Assembly: GCA_002104945.1 (NCBI GenBank)
Contig: MCFH01000041.1
Span: 310,001-374,000 of the forward strand
Direction: 5' to 3'
DNA from: Piromyces finnis finn
Taxonomy: Eukaryota; Fungi; Neocallimastigomycota
Length of the DNA stretch: 64,000 bases
This document shows, piece by piece, positions 50,218-62,885 of the stretch. Below the pieces are notes generated by a model. It saw only the letters and a program-made list of their open reading frames with translations, was not told the origin of the DNA and did not search any database. Each line of letters opens with the position of its first letter. The stretch's first letter is position 1. A program made the position numbers and the translations under genes.

Positions 50218-53200
50218 ATGGGTACTTTGAAAAAAACTTTTAATGGTATATCAAATTTTTGCTACAAAATTGTAGAAAGCAAATATTTTGTTGCTTTTTC
50301 AATTTTTATGATATTTTTAAATTTATTCATTATAACCAGTGAAGTATCAGATGGAAATGCCGATACTTTTTATGAGTATATAATTTCATCTGATCGAGTA
50401 TTCAGTATATACTTTATATTTGAAGCGGTTATATCCATTATAGCTTGCTTAAATTCTTGGAAACGCTTTAATAATTTTTGGACATATTTTGATGGATTAG
50501 TCATTGTTGTGAATATACTTTTCTTATGCAATCTTCCTAATTTTTCAGCAATCAGATTATGGAGTATATTTAAATATTTGCCAAGAATAAAATGTATCTT
50601 TTCTATTTTTTTTTTTTTTATTTTATATTTTGATCTTCCTTTATATAATTATAATGATATAATAGCTAATATATATTAATAATAATATTTTTTATTAAAT
50701 AATAAATACTTATTAAAAAAAAAATGAAATGCAATGAAAACAATAAAATAAAAAAAAAAAAAAAAATTATAACAGGGTTGCGAGGTATTAATACAATTTT
50801 TAGAGCCCTAAAAAAATCCATTCCCGTTATTAGAGATATTATTATTTTCGTAATATTTATGTTTATTTTTGCAGGTGTTCTTGGTGTTCACATGTACGGT
50901 GGTAAATTGAAATATAGATGTGTTAATGAATATGGAATAATGCTTGATGAGGAACAAATTTGTTCAACTACTCTGTCTTCAGGATATCAATGTCCGGATG
51001 GCTATACCTGTTTAAAAACTAAGGACAATCCATTTTATAATACTATAGGATTTGATAATATACTTACCTCATGCCTTACAATTTTCCAAGTATAATAACA
51101 TTAAATTATTATTTATACTTTAAAATTAAATATAACTATAATAGTATTATATAAAATAATTCTAAATTTAATATTTATATTTTATTTATATTATATACAT
51201 GATACTTCTTTTCAATAAATAAAATGAAAAAGATTATTACAATGGAAGGATGGAGTGATATTCTCTTTATGACATCAGACAGTTCATCATATTTTGGTGT
51301 TATTTTTTATTTAGTTATTATTATTCTTGGTAATTGGTTTATATTACAATTAATTGTTGCTGTTATATCAAATAATTTAATGGATGAAATTGATGAAGAA
51401 GAAGGTGATGATTCAGAGGATAATAACGATAACGTTAAAGAAATTGAATATAAAAACGACAAAGAAAATGAAGTAGCAATTGTAGTTAAAGAAAATAATA
51501 ATAATAATAAAAAAAAAAGAGCTTTATTTTAAAAATAGTAGATAAATTTATTAATTGTAAATTTATGCTAAGATTAAGAAGGTCAAAATTTGTTAATGCT
51601 CTACAGAAGATATTAAACAAAATAATGAATAATGATACATGGGATATGATTATGCTTTTTATTATCATAGCAGATACAATTTCAACATGTTTAATTACAA
51701 AGGATACCACTGTAGAAATGAGAAAAACTATATCAAAAATATCTGATATATGTACAATTATATTTACTGTAGAATTGATATGTAAATTAATTATGTTAAA
51801 TCCAAAAGGATATGTAAAACAGACATTTTTCAATGTAATGGATGGTACATTTACAATATTATCATTTTTAGATCAATTTGTAATCCCATCAGAACAAGGT
51901 TTTTTCATTTTCAGAATTTTAAGATCTTTAAGAGTTTTACGTGTCAGTAAATATTCAAAACAATTCCAATATTTGTTTGAAGTTATTAAAGATTCATCTT
52001 TACATTTATTAAGTTTGATTATTATTTGGTTAATGTCAGTAATTATATTTGCAACTTTTGGTTTTCAACTTTTTGCCGGTTCTATGAATGATTTTGAAGA
52101 AGGTGTTCCAGATGAAAATTTCGATAATATTGGAAATTCAATTCTATCTGTGATCCAACTTTTTACAATGGAAAATTGGAATAATATTGAAGTTTCGGTT
52201 GTTCATGCTAAAGGAATTATTTATGTATTAATTCCAATTATTATTGGTAAGGCATTTATTATTCTAAATATTATATAGAAAAAAAAAATTTTTTTTTTAT
52301 TATAAAATATAATATAATATAATATACTAAAATAAACAAAATATAATTATATTAATATATTCTAATTCATTTATTAATTCACTATTGTTAATTTTGTTAT
52401 AAATATATAAATAGCGATAATCGGATCTTTCTTCCTTTCAAATATTTTAGTTGCTATTATTATTGGTGCTTTTCAGGATAAAATCACAGATGATCAAAAA
52501 TCCACTGATAAATCAAAAGTACCTATTCAAACTTTAAAATTCCTAAAAAGTACTTTAGGAGGTTTTATAGATGTATCAAAAGAAGGTACAAGTAATTTTT
52601 CATTTTCGAGTAGAAAAAAAGTAGAAAATAGAAAATCAGAAATTGATTGTGGGGAAGTTGATAAATCACTTTCTTTGACAGACACTCCTAAATATAAAGA
52701 ACCAAGAGAATTAATGACAAAACAATCATCAGTATTATCTGAAAATCTTAGAATTATTGAAAATGAAATATCTAAAAGTCAAAATTTAGGATCAGATAAT
52801 AAAATTGATCAATTAAATAGTGAAAGAAGAAAAATTATGGAAAATTTAAGTAAAGAAGGAGGTATAAAGGGATTATACTATAAATACAGATTATCTAAAA
52901 TTGTTAAAATATTCCAAAAAATGACGGATAATGTGATATACAATATAGTTATTACTTTAATTATTATTTTTAGTTGTGTAATATTGTATTATGATATTCC
53001 AAGACGTGAGGTAAATAAGGATAAAGTTGTTGTTATACCATACAGCGAAAATACAGAAAACATTATATATAAGTTAAATGTAGCATTTGGTATTTTCTTT
53101 ATATTTGAATTCATTTTTCAAGCTATCGCTCAAGGATTAATTGTGGATTCAAATGCTTATCTGAGAGATCCATTGAATTGGATTGATTTGTTTGTAATTA

Positions 53201-55742
53201 TAATTTCTATTGTTGGGCTATTTGAGTTTGCTGAAAATTTATTAATTCTTAGAGTATTTAGATTGCTGAGAATTGTAAAATTGATTAAGTTAAGTCGCGA
53301 GTTGAGAATTGTTACATTAGCTATATGGAAGACAATTCCTTCGTTGATGACAGCTATAATTCCATTCATGTTTTATTTATTAATTGTTTCTGTTATTGGT
53401 TTATCTTTATATACTGGAAATGGATATACTTGTAATGATCCAAATCCAAATATAATATCAAAAAATGATTGTAATGGTGTTTTCTATAGTTCGGATTGGG
53501 ATAGAGAAATGGATAGATCGATGTGGGGATATTTTGTTGGTTATGATAACTTCTTTGATAGTTTACAAACATCTTTTGTATTATCAAACCAAGAAGGTTG
53601 GCCAGATATTATGTACTATTTTATGGGCTTTAATAGTACAAATGAGATAAGAGAACCTGGAATAAATAAATGGGTATCTATTTATTATATTTTATCAATT
53701 ATTGTTGGTAGTTGGATCTTTTTGGCCGTCGTTACTGGTATTGCATATGATAGTATAAAAAGAAATTCAGATATTTTAAAGGGAATTAATGTAAGTATTT
53801 TTATTGTGTGATTACAATTATTTTTTTAAAAAAAAACATAAAATATTTTAACCCTTTATATCTTTTTTTTTGTTCCTTTAAATATCTAGGATTTGAATAC
53901 TAATCAAAAAAGAATACATGAATATGTTTCATTATTAATTACAAAGAAACCTCAAAAACAAATGCCTAGTAGTCATAATAAATTACGTATAAGCTTGAGA
54001 AAATTTTTTGAATCATCATTATATGATAAAATAATATTTTTATTATTGTCTTAAATATTATGTTACTTTTATTGAATCATGATGACCAAACAGATATTGA
54101 AAGTAAAATTCAAAATGTTTCAGAATATGTATTTCTTGTCGTTTATACGATAGAAGTAGTGTTTTTAATTTATTCTTATGGACCAAAATATTTCTTTAAT
54201 GATAATTGGAGAAATCTTTGTTTAATAATTGTTGTAACATCATTTTTGAATATAATATTTAATGATTCACACTTTAATTCAAGTATTTTTGCAATCATAA
54301 GATTAATTAGAATATTCCGTTTAATAAAATTTGCTCGAGGTATAAGAGCATTAATTCAAGTAATAGCTACGAAATATAAACAACTATTAAACATTTTTAT
54401 AGTTAAGTATATGTATATCTATTTTAAAGAATAATATTATTTATTTTTAAAATGTATTTAATACAGATATAAAAGTTTATATTTGATATATATTAACTAT
54501 TAAAATATTATATATTTATATATAATATATATTTTCTACTATTTATATCTATAGTTAATGCTTATTGTTATGATTACATATGCTTTCCTTGGATGCTACT
54601 ATTTCGGAGATATCAATTTTGAAAATACTGATATATTAAATAAACATTTGAATTTCTCAACTTTCCCAAAAAGTTTATTATCTGTATTTATTTTTACAAC
54701 TGGTGAAAATTGGCCTATAGCTATGGCTGATTGTGTTGGTAGAACACTTAGATTCTGTACAGGTGGTGACAAAGAGAATTGTGGAAATTTATTTTCACCA
54801 TTTTACTTTATTTCTTTACAAATTATTATTAATTGGATTTTGTTAAATAGTTTTATTGCTATTATTGTTGATTCATTTGTTATGTTCCTTCAAGAACACG
54901 ACGAAATTAATCGTATGGAATTAATTAAAAAGAGTTTTTCAGATTCTTGGAATAATTTAGATGTAGGAAGAAAAGGTTTCCTGCAATTTAAAGATTTTGT
55001 AAAGATGTATGAAGAAATGAAGGTTCCAAAAGATTTTGAATGGAGTAGCAGAAAACTTAAATTCTTTAAAACAAAACCACCAATTTCATATTTATTTAAA
55101 AATTTAAAAGTCTATTATAATTATTGTACTTACACTGACGCATTATTCTGTATAACAAGTTTCTGGGTTAATGACGATTTACCATTAAATGTACGAAATA
55201 CTTTATGGGAATACAATGGATGGAATAAAATAATAAAAAAGAAATTATTTATTCAAGGTGAAAAAGTTACTTTTTCAAATAAAAATGGAGCGATACCTTT
55301 AAAAGAAATTAGTTTTGGAGCTGTATATGGAATATATTTATTACAGAAAAGGTATAAAAAAACTAAAAGTATTGATATGCTTTCAAATAAAGGTATGAAA
55401 AATTGTATTACTAATAAAGATAATTTTAGTAAAGAAGATATTACAGAAGGAGGTAAATGCAGGAGTGTTAAAAGTGCAATAATAGATGAAGACGAATTTG
55501 ATATTAATAACAATAAAGGAAATAATATTAATAGTAATGACATCATAAATTATAACAATAATGAAAATAATGGAAGTGTAGAAACCGTTGGAAGTGGGGA
55601 TGAATATTTTGATGCATTATCAAAAAGTAATATTAATATTAGTAAAAACCGTGAAAGCTTGAATGTTAAAGATATAAAAGCAAATAATATCAGAGTTAAT
55701 AGTTCTAATGAGAATCCAAAAATTGAAAATATCAATAATTGA
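50218..55742 (+). CDS. Four-domain voltage-gated calcium-channel alpha subunit, copy 2 (tandem paralog); 5 introns; two apparent -1 frameshifts in homopolymers (possible pseudogene or assembly error)
   Basis: Pore loops TMEGW, TMENW, NQEGW and TGENW (EEEE). Introns at 50594-50775, 51090-51232, 52247-52414, 53791-53889 and 54402-54554. The frame breaks at A10 (51509-51518) and T5 (54037-54041). Confidence 0.88.
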
Positions 55743-55987
55743 TAAGTAATTGCAATACAAGTAATAATATTAAATGATAATACAATTAAAACCAATTTAA
55801 GCATTAACAATAAATACTAAAAATATTTACATTAATAATAATGCAATACAATTATTACAATAAGACTATAAATATTAATTTTAAAACTATATTAAATAAT
55901 AAATATAAGGTATCTTACTCTAGACCAAAAGTGATATTTTTTTTTTAATATTTTTTTCTTTATTAAATAAAAATAAATTTTCCTATT

Positions 55988-56019
<32 letters not shown>

Positions 56020-56236
56020 TCCTTTTTATCATATAATAAAAAGGGTAAAGAATATTTATTTTATTTGCTTTTTTTCTTATTTTCTTTAGATATTATGTAA
56101 ACTTAGACAACATATGTATTATTAACAAAAAAAAAAAAACAATATATAAATATAAAATAAAGATTTCATCACCTATTACAATTTAATTCATATTAATTAG
56201 TTTATTAAAATTTATTATGTTACATTTATTTTAAAA

Positions 56237-57588
56237 TTAATCTTCAGAATAATCTTTTCTTTGTCTATGAAATTCCATTTTATCTATTGTATCTTCATCT
56301 TCAGAATCAGATAACGAAGTATCCATAACTCTATACTTGTCTTTTTCTTCCTCTTTTGATTATGAATAATAATATGATTTCATGAAATTTGTGATATTTT
56401 TAATAATTGATATAAATTTTAAAAAATAGTTTAATAGATTAAAAAAAGAAAAAAAAAAAAAAAAGATTTAAAAAATTTTTAAAATCTTACGTGAAACTCT
56501 TATATCAGGATTTGATTCTTCGTAATTTTCCATTTCGATATCTCTCGGAGTTTCTACAAGATATTACAGATAATAAATTAATAAAATAATTACATTTTTT
56601 TGTTTAATTTTAATTATATTTTTTATACCTTGTAATTCCACACTAGGCGCAAACTCAGTATGCCTTAGATTTTCTATTATTCTTTCTCTTTTTTTATTTT
56701 ATTTATTTTATTTTTCGTTTTCGTTTTATTTTTTTTTTAGTTTTGTAAAGAAAATAAAGTTAATTGATATATTCATATAGTATTATTATTTTAAGTTATA
56801 TAAATATAAATATAAATATACTTTATTTTTTCTAAATAGTCTCTTGAATTTAAATTCTTTGCTGTGCTACTTGCTTTAATATCTAACTCATTATCTGGTT
56901 CGTAATATTTTATGTAATCATTATCAGGTATTTCTATTTTATGTTTATATAAATTTAATAATAAATAAAAAAAAAATGTATAATATTTTTATTATCTTAG
57001 TTTTATTAATTGTTTAAAAATATAATTTTTATTGAAAATATTGTTAGTTATTGATTTACTTAGTGGTAATTCTTCTCCTAATGCAACTGCTGTTTCATGT
57101 GTCCATGTTCTTGCTGTGTTTCTTACTGTGTAACCGCCACCTCCAAGTAGAAGTAAGGGTAGATTAAAGGATTTCACATATTCAACACATTTTGCATGTC
57201 CTTTCTATAATACAATATATTTTTTATAGTGAGTGACCATAATTTAGCAATAATATATTTCAATAAATAATAATAATAAAAAAAAAAGTGACAACTACCA
57301 TAGATAAATTGAAAACTCCCAAACGATCTCCATTGATTGAGTCCGCACCGCATTGTAAAACAACAGCACCTGGTCTATACCATTCCATGACATGCTTTAT
57401 AATCTATTTTTTTTAATATATTAGTATACGTTATTTATTGAGAATAATTAACCTTTTATTAATTAAAAATATTATATACTAACAGGCATGAAAAGAGAAT
57501 GATAAGATTCATCATCTATACCATCTTTATTTATTTATATATAATGATAAAATAATTAGTATTTCATTTTCTATTCTTTATATATATA

Positions 57589-57643
<55 letters not shown>

Positions 57644-59297
57644 TTGCTATTTTGATGTGGAATAATTTAATATTAAGATTTACCTTTTAATGGGACATTA
57701 ACTGCATGATATTTTCCTAAATTTGACCCAATATCCTTTATGAAAAACAATTTCATTAAAATCTATTAATTTCTATTAAAAGGCTTGTATCATATATTAC
57801 ATTATAGTTTCCTGTTCCTGGGAAGAATTGTCCATACTTATGAAAAGATACAGTCATTACTCTATTTGTTGCATAAAAGGCTTCCTATTTAATTTAATTT
57901 TAAAAATCAATATTTATTATTAATTATTATTTTATATTTTTATTATTAAAAACAAATAAATAATAAATAAATAAATATATAGATAATAATAATAATAATA
58001 ATTTTAAAATTCTTACCTCAACACCATCCCCATGATGAAGATCAATATCAATATATAATACTCTTTTATGATATTTTAATAATTCTAAGATACCAAGAAC
58101 AATATCATTAACATAACAAAATCCCGATGATTCTGCTTTTTTAGCGTGATGTAATCCACCTGCCCAATTAATACATATATCAGATTCACCTCTATTTAAC
58201 TTATTTGCTGCCGCTTTTAGTTAAATAAAAATTATAATTTTATGTTAAAAACAAAACAAGAACAAAAAAATAAAAAAAATAAAAAACCGGTATAAAATTA
58301 CTAATTTAAATATATATATTACACATTGAACCACCAGCTGATATAGATGAAAATTCATATAAACCATCAAATACGGGACAATCTTCACCAACATTATCTA
58401 ATAGTAAATATATTTAAAAAAAAATTAATTTTTGTTTATTCTATTTTCTAATTATTATTATTATTATTGTTATTGTTATTATTATTATATATTTTTAAAA
58501 TTATTCAGAAATAAATAAAATTTTTGTAAATTACATTTTACTTGTAAACGTTCATAATGGTCACAATGTTCAGGTGTAATTTTTTGTAAAAAATTAATAT
58601 ATTCTTCTGTATGAAAATGAGCCATTTCTTTTGAAGTTGCTTTTATAGGTCTCTATAATATAAATTAATAATTTAAAAAATATTCATTATAATATTTTTT
58701 ATTAATCTTATTATTTATCTAATTTGAAATTTCTTTATTAAAATAATAATTAATATATATTTTTCTTACATATATATCTAATTTATTATATAAACCATAT
58801 TCCAATATTAAGTCATGAGTCATTCTTATTCTTAATGGCTAAAAAAAGTAAATAATTATAAAAAAAATAGATAAAAAAAACATTCAATTCAGTAAATGTT
58901 TACATAAGTGTGAATTAGGATATATTTTTGAATGTTAATAAATTTATCATTAACCTTCATTGGATGATGTGGTGCAAATTGAAAATTTCCTACTTCCGCT
59001 TTATTTTTTATTAATTAAAAAAGAATAAAATTAATAATTAATGAATAAAGAATATATACATTCATTAAAATATTATTGAAATAAAAAGTGTACTATAATT
59101 TAACATAAGAATAAACTATAACAAAAAAAAAAAAAAAAAAAAAAAAAATAGAGTACATAAATTAAAATTACGACTTCCATAATAATAGAAAAAATAGTTA
59201 TATCACAGAATGTGAAAATTAAATAATAAATAAATAAATAAATAAAGACGATATACATACGGTCATAGAAATAAGAAACTTTTTTTTTTGAACTCAT
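56237..59297 (-). CDS. RPD3: Class I histone deacetylase (RPD3/HDAC1-like), many short exons
   Basis: [13 protein letters not shown]|[78 protein letters not shown] and a C-terminal LSDSEDED. Confidence 0.95.
57590..57643. repeat. (TTA)n microsatellite in an RPD3 intron
   Basis: Read directly from the sequence. Confidence 0.93.
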
Positions 59298-59897
59298 TTT
59301 ATTAAACTATTATTTTATAAAACTATTTTCAATTAAAAAAATGCTATATGAATTTAAACTTTTATTTTCTTTTAAAAAGTAATATTAATTTTCTAATAAT
59401 TTTAAATATAATAATAAATAATAATAATTTAAAATTGTGTTATATAGGTTTTGTTAAGTGAAAAATTAATGAAAAAAAAAAAAAAAAAGAAATTTTTAAT
59501 TCTAAAATCCAAATTTCTTATAAAAATTTTGAAATGTAAAAAGTGCGAATAATTAAATAATTTTATTTTAAAAATATTAATAAATAACAATTTAATAGAA
59601 AAAGTTGCCCTCTTTTCTTCTTTTAAAATAAAGACTTTATTATTATTCAAATTTGAAATTTGAAATTATTAATTAAAATTTTAAAATCTAATTTTGAAAT
59701 TCCTTTTTATTTAATATTCTTTTTCAATAAAAAAAAAAAGTTTATATAATATTTATTAATATATAAACTCAACATTATTTTTCATATTATTAAAATTTAA
59801 AATATAAATTAAAAATTTTATCAAAGTTTAATTTTGAAAATTATATTACATTATAATTCTATAATGTACATTAGTAGTAAATTACATAGAAAACATT

Positions 59898-59938
59898 CCA
59901 ATCATTGTTAAGAAATGTAATACTTTAATCCAATCATT
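59898..59938 (+). promoter_or_regulatory. Tandem CCAAT boxes (CCAATCATT twice, 32 nt apart)
   Basis: Identical 9-mers at 59898-59906 and 59930-59938 in the divergent intergenic region upstream of RPD3 and the snoRNA candidate. Function is inferred. Confidence 0.4.
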
Positions 59939-60094
59939 ATTCAGAGTATTTAGTTTTGAAATATAAAAGAAAGTAAAAATCGCTATTACACTTGTATTTG
60001 CTAGCAGCATAAAACGAAGTAAATAAAAGAATAATAAAAATATTTTAATTGGATAATATTTTTTATATTCTTTTTAATTAATAATTAAAGTTAT

Positions 60095-60199
60095 ATATTA
60101 ATTTAAAGATGAAACCATTTGCTGGCACCAGTCATAGCAATTATGCTGATAAAAGCAAGAGGACCATTATATACGCAATTGGTTCCTGAAAATTAATAT
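60095..60199 (+). ncRNA. Box C/D snoRNA candidate, snR40-like, guiding the 18S site equivalent to yeast Gm562
   Basis: A perfect 10-bp terminal stem (ATATTAATTT/AAATTAATAT) encloses a 3-nt bulge plus GATGA (variant box C) and CTGA (box D, 60186-60189). Putative C' is ATGCTGA (60143-60149). The 12-nt stretch TGCTGGCACCAG (60120-60131) is the exact complement of the universal 18S sequence CUGGUGCCAGCA. Confidence 0.72.
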
Positions 60200-60594
60200 T
60201 AAGTTTTATGTTATTATAATAAAAATTGAATTTAAAAATTAAATAATATTTCATGTAATAATGAGGCATGAAATGATATTTTAAAATTGAAGTATTTTAT
60301 ATTATGAAATAAAAAGAAGTATCATGATGATTTAGTTGTGCTATTTACTTTGTGTGTTTTGTTATTTTTACTTGATGATTATTAAAAATAACGTTTATGT
60401 GACATTCTAATTGTGTATATCATTATTTTTTATTTATTATATAAGTTACTTTAATAATACTAATACTTTTTCCCATCAATTAATTTACAAAAGCTTTTTC
60501 TTTTATAAATTTTAATTATTATATACAAAATATTGTAGTACAAATTGTAAGTTACCTAATTATTTGTAATTTTTGATCAGTTAAAAGGAAAGGT

Positions 60595-62885
60595 ATATGG
60601 TCTAAAGAATAATTTCATTAGACCTGAACAATTTGGTTTTCGAAAAAAGGAAGAAAGTATTAGTCTTTTCATTTCAATCCAAGAAATATGCCGTAGACGT
60701 CAATTAGATAATAAAGAGACATATTTGGCCTTTTTAGATCTCAGGAAAGCATACGATTCAGTCCCAATCGGTAATATTCTCCATAAATTAGATTGTTTAG
60801 GAATCCGAGGTAAGAGTCTACAATTTATCAAAAATTTATATTTAACATCTAAGGCTAATGTCAAATTAGATGGACAATTCTCGAAATCTTTTGATGTGAA
60901 GAAAGGAGTCCGTCAAGGATGCCCTCTTTCTCCTATTCTCTTTAATCTCTTTATTAATGATATATTTAGAGAGTGCGAAGATCTCGGAGTCAGTTTAGGT
61001 GACACTCGATGCTGTGGTGGACTTTTTGCAGATGATATAGTTATTTGTGCTCCAACAAGAGGATGCTTAAAAAAGATGCTTAGAAGAGTTAATGAATGGG
61101 CACTGTATAATGAAATGGAATTTGGTATCCAGAAATGTTCAACGATGGTGATTCGTCCTGAATCAATAGAAAATCAGAACAAGAGAGATCCAACATTTTA
61201 CTTAGCAGGACAACCCATTCCAACTACTGATTGCTATACTTATCTTGGTGTTCCATTTGATAAGAATCTGTCCCTTAAACCAGTAATTAAAGCTCTTAAT
61301 AACAAGGTTTTGAAAGGACTTTTCTCAGTCAGTAAATTCTTAAGAAATCCTAATATTCCTATTCCTTTCAAAAAACTAGTACTTAACTCACAAGTAATCA
61401 GCAGAGTTTCATACTTTGCACCATTACTTGGATCCAACAAAGCTAGGTCTAGAATTGCTCAGAAGCATGTTAACAAAGGAATACGATGGGTTGCCGGAGT
61501 TCATAAAGCTGTATCGTTTATATCTTTATACTCTATCTCAAAAGATTTGAATATTCCTCCATTGTCAGCCAAATGTGCGTTAGCTCAGGTTAGATGTTTT
61601 AACAAATGGAAAAACTCAAATTGTATTATCTCACACCTTGTCAATTACATTCCTAAATTTAGAAAATACACGTGGTGCAAATCAAGTAGGACACTTGATA
61701 AAAAACTAAAGAAACATGGAGATGTTAAAGCAGTTAAAAACTTTTATTGGAAAGATCTCAAAGGGAATTCAATCAAAGCGCAATATTATGATGATAATAA
61801 ATTTATTGAAACTAAAGATTTTATTAAATTATGTTATGAGTACCCAGAGTTTGCCTATGGCTTCTACTGGCTATTGAAAGCAAGAAGCGGATACAAGTTG
61901 GATGCTAGAGTTGCCAAAGCTGCCAAATTTGTTGATCCAGTTTGTCCTAACTACTGTCCATGTTGCAAGTGTGGTGTTCAAAGTATTAAACATTGGTTAT
62001 TAGATTGTCCAACATTTAGAGATATCCGTATTAAACATTATGATTCCATAGTTCAGCTATTAAATTTTTTCAGTCAACGTAATTCCAATAGTCCTATCAA
62101 TAATAATGAAATTGTTAATATCAGTAGAGATAGTAATAACATTAATAGTAATAGTAACAATAGTAGTAATAACAATAGTAATAGTAACAATAGTAATAGT
62201 AACAATAGTAATAATAACAATAATAGAAATAATAATATTAGTAATGATAGCAATAGTGAAGATAATAATTCTAATTTAGATAGTAATTTAGTTAATGATA
62301 GTAATAGTTCTAATAATCCGGTGAATATTAATGTGTATGATTATTCTAGTGTGTACAGTAAAATATTTAAATTCCTTCTTGGGGGAAGAAGTTTTAACAA
62401 TATTAATTACAATTCAAGGGAATGGAAAGAACTTTGTAAGCGTCAGATTCAATCTGATACTAACGAAGGAACACCATTCTTGACGGTAACCGCGGAACTT
62501 CTAACCAAAATCATGCCTTTTGCTATTGGCCAGCAATGGTCAATGTTCAAAAGGTTTGAAGCAACATCCAAGAGCGTCAATGCTGAAGAAACAGTAAGAC
62601 AGGCCAGGAGGGCCAGCGCAACCAATGGAGATCATAATTTTGTTCCATGATAAAATTTTGATCTTTGGCTCGGTGTCCCATTGGAAGTCAAATACAATTA
62701 TTATACTTTAGTATGATAGTGGCTTTCTTACTTTAATTAAAATTACTAGAATACATTATACCCAATTTTTATTCATTTGTGTTTATTTAAACATATTTTT
62801 TTTATTTTTATTTATTTTTAATTTTTTATTACATGTATTATAATTTTAATTAAATTAATAATAAAGTGTAAAAATATTTGATGCC

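Noticed and set aside
51506-54054. Programmed double -1 ribosomal frameshifting as the mechanism for channel copy 2
   Set aside because: The second site (A UUU UUA) is not a canonical slippery heptamer, I saw no stimulatory structure, and two events would give very low yield. Assembly error or pseudogenisation is more parsimonious.
60250-60420. Possible second snoRNA: ATGATGA at 60324-60330, TTGATGA at 60372-60378, and hairpins ATTTCATG/CATGAAAT and GTTATTTTTA/TAAAAATAAC
   Set aside because: No CTGA box D, no terminal stem in proper geometry, and no rRNA complement I could recognise. Worth an Rfam scan but unsupported.
61960-62060. R2/CRE-type restriction-like endonuclease after the CCHC motif
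   Set aside because: No PD-(D/E)xK motif follows, only an Asn-rich tract, and the TT|AAAA target points to an APE-type element.
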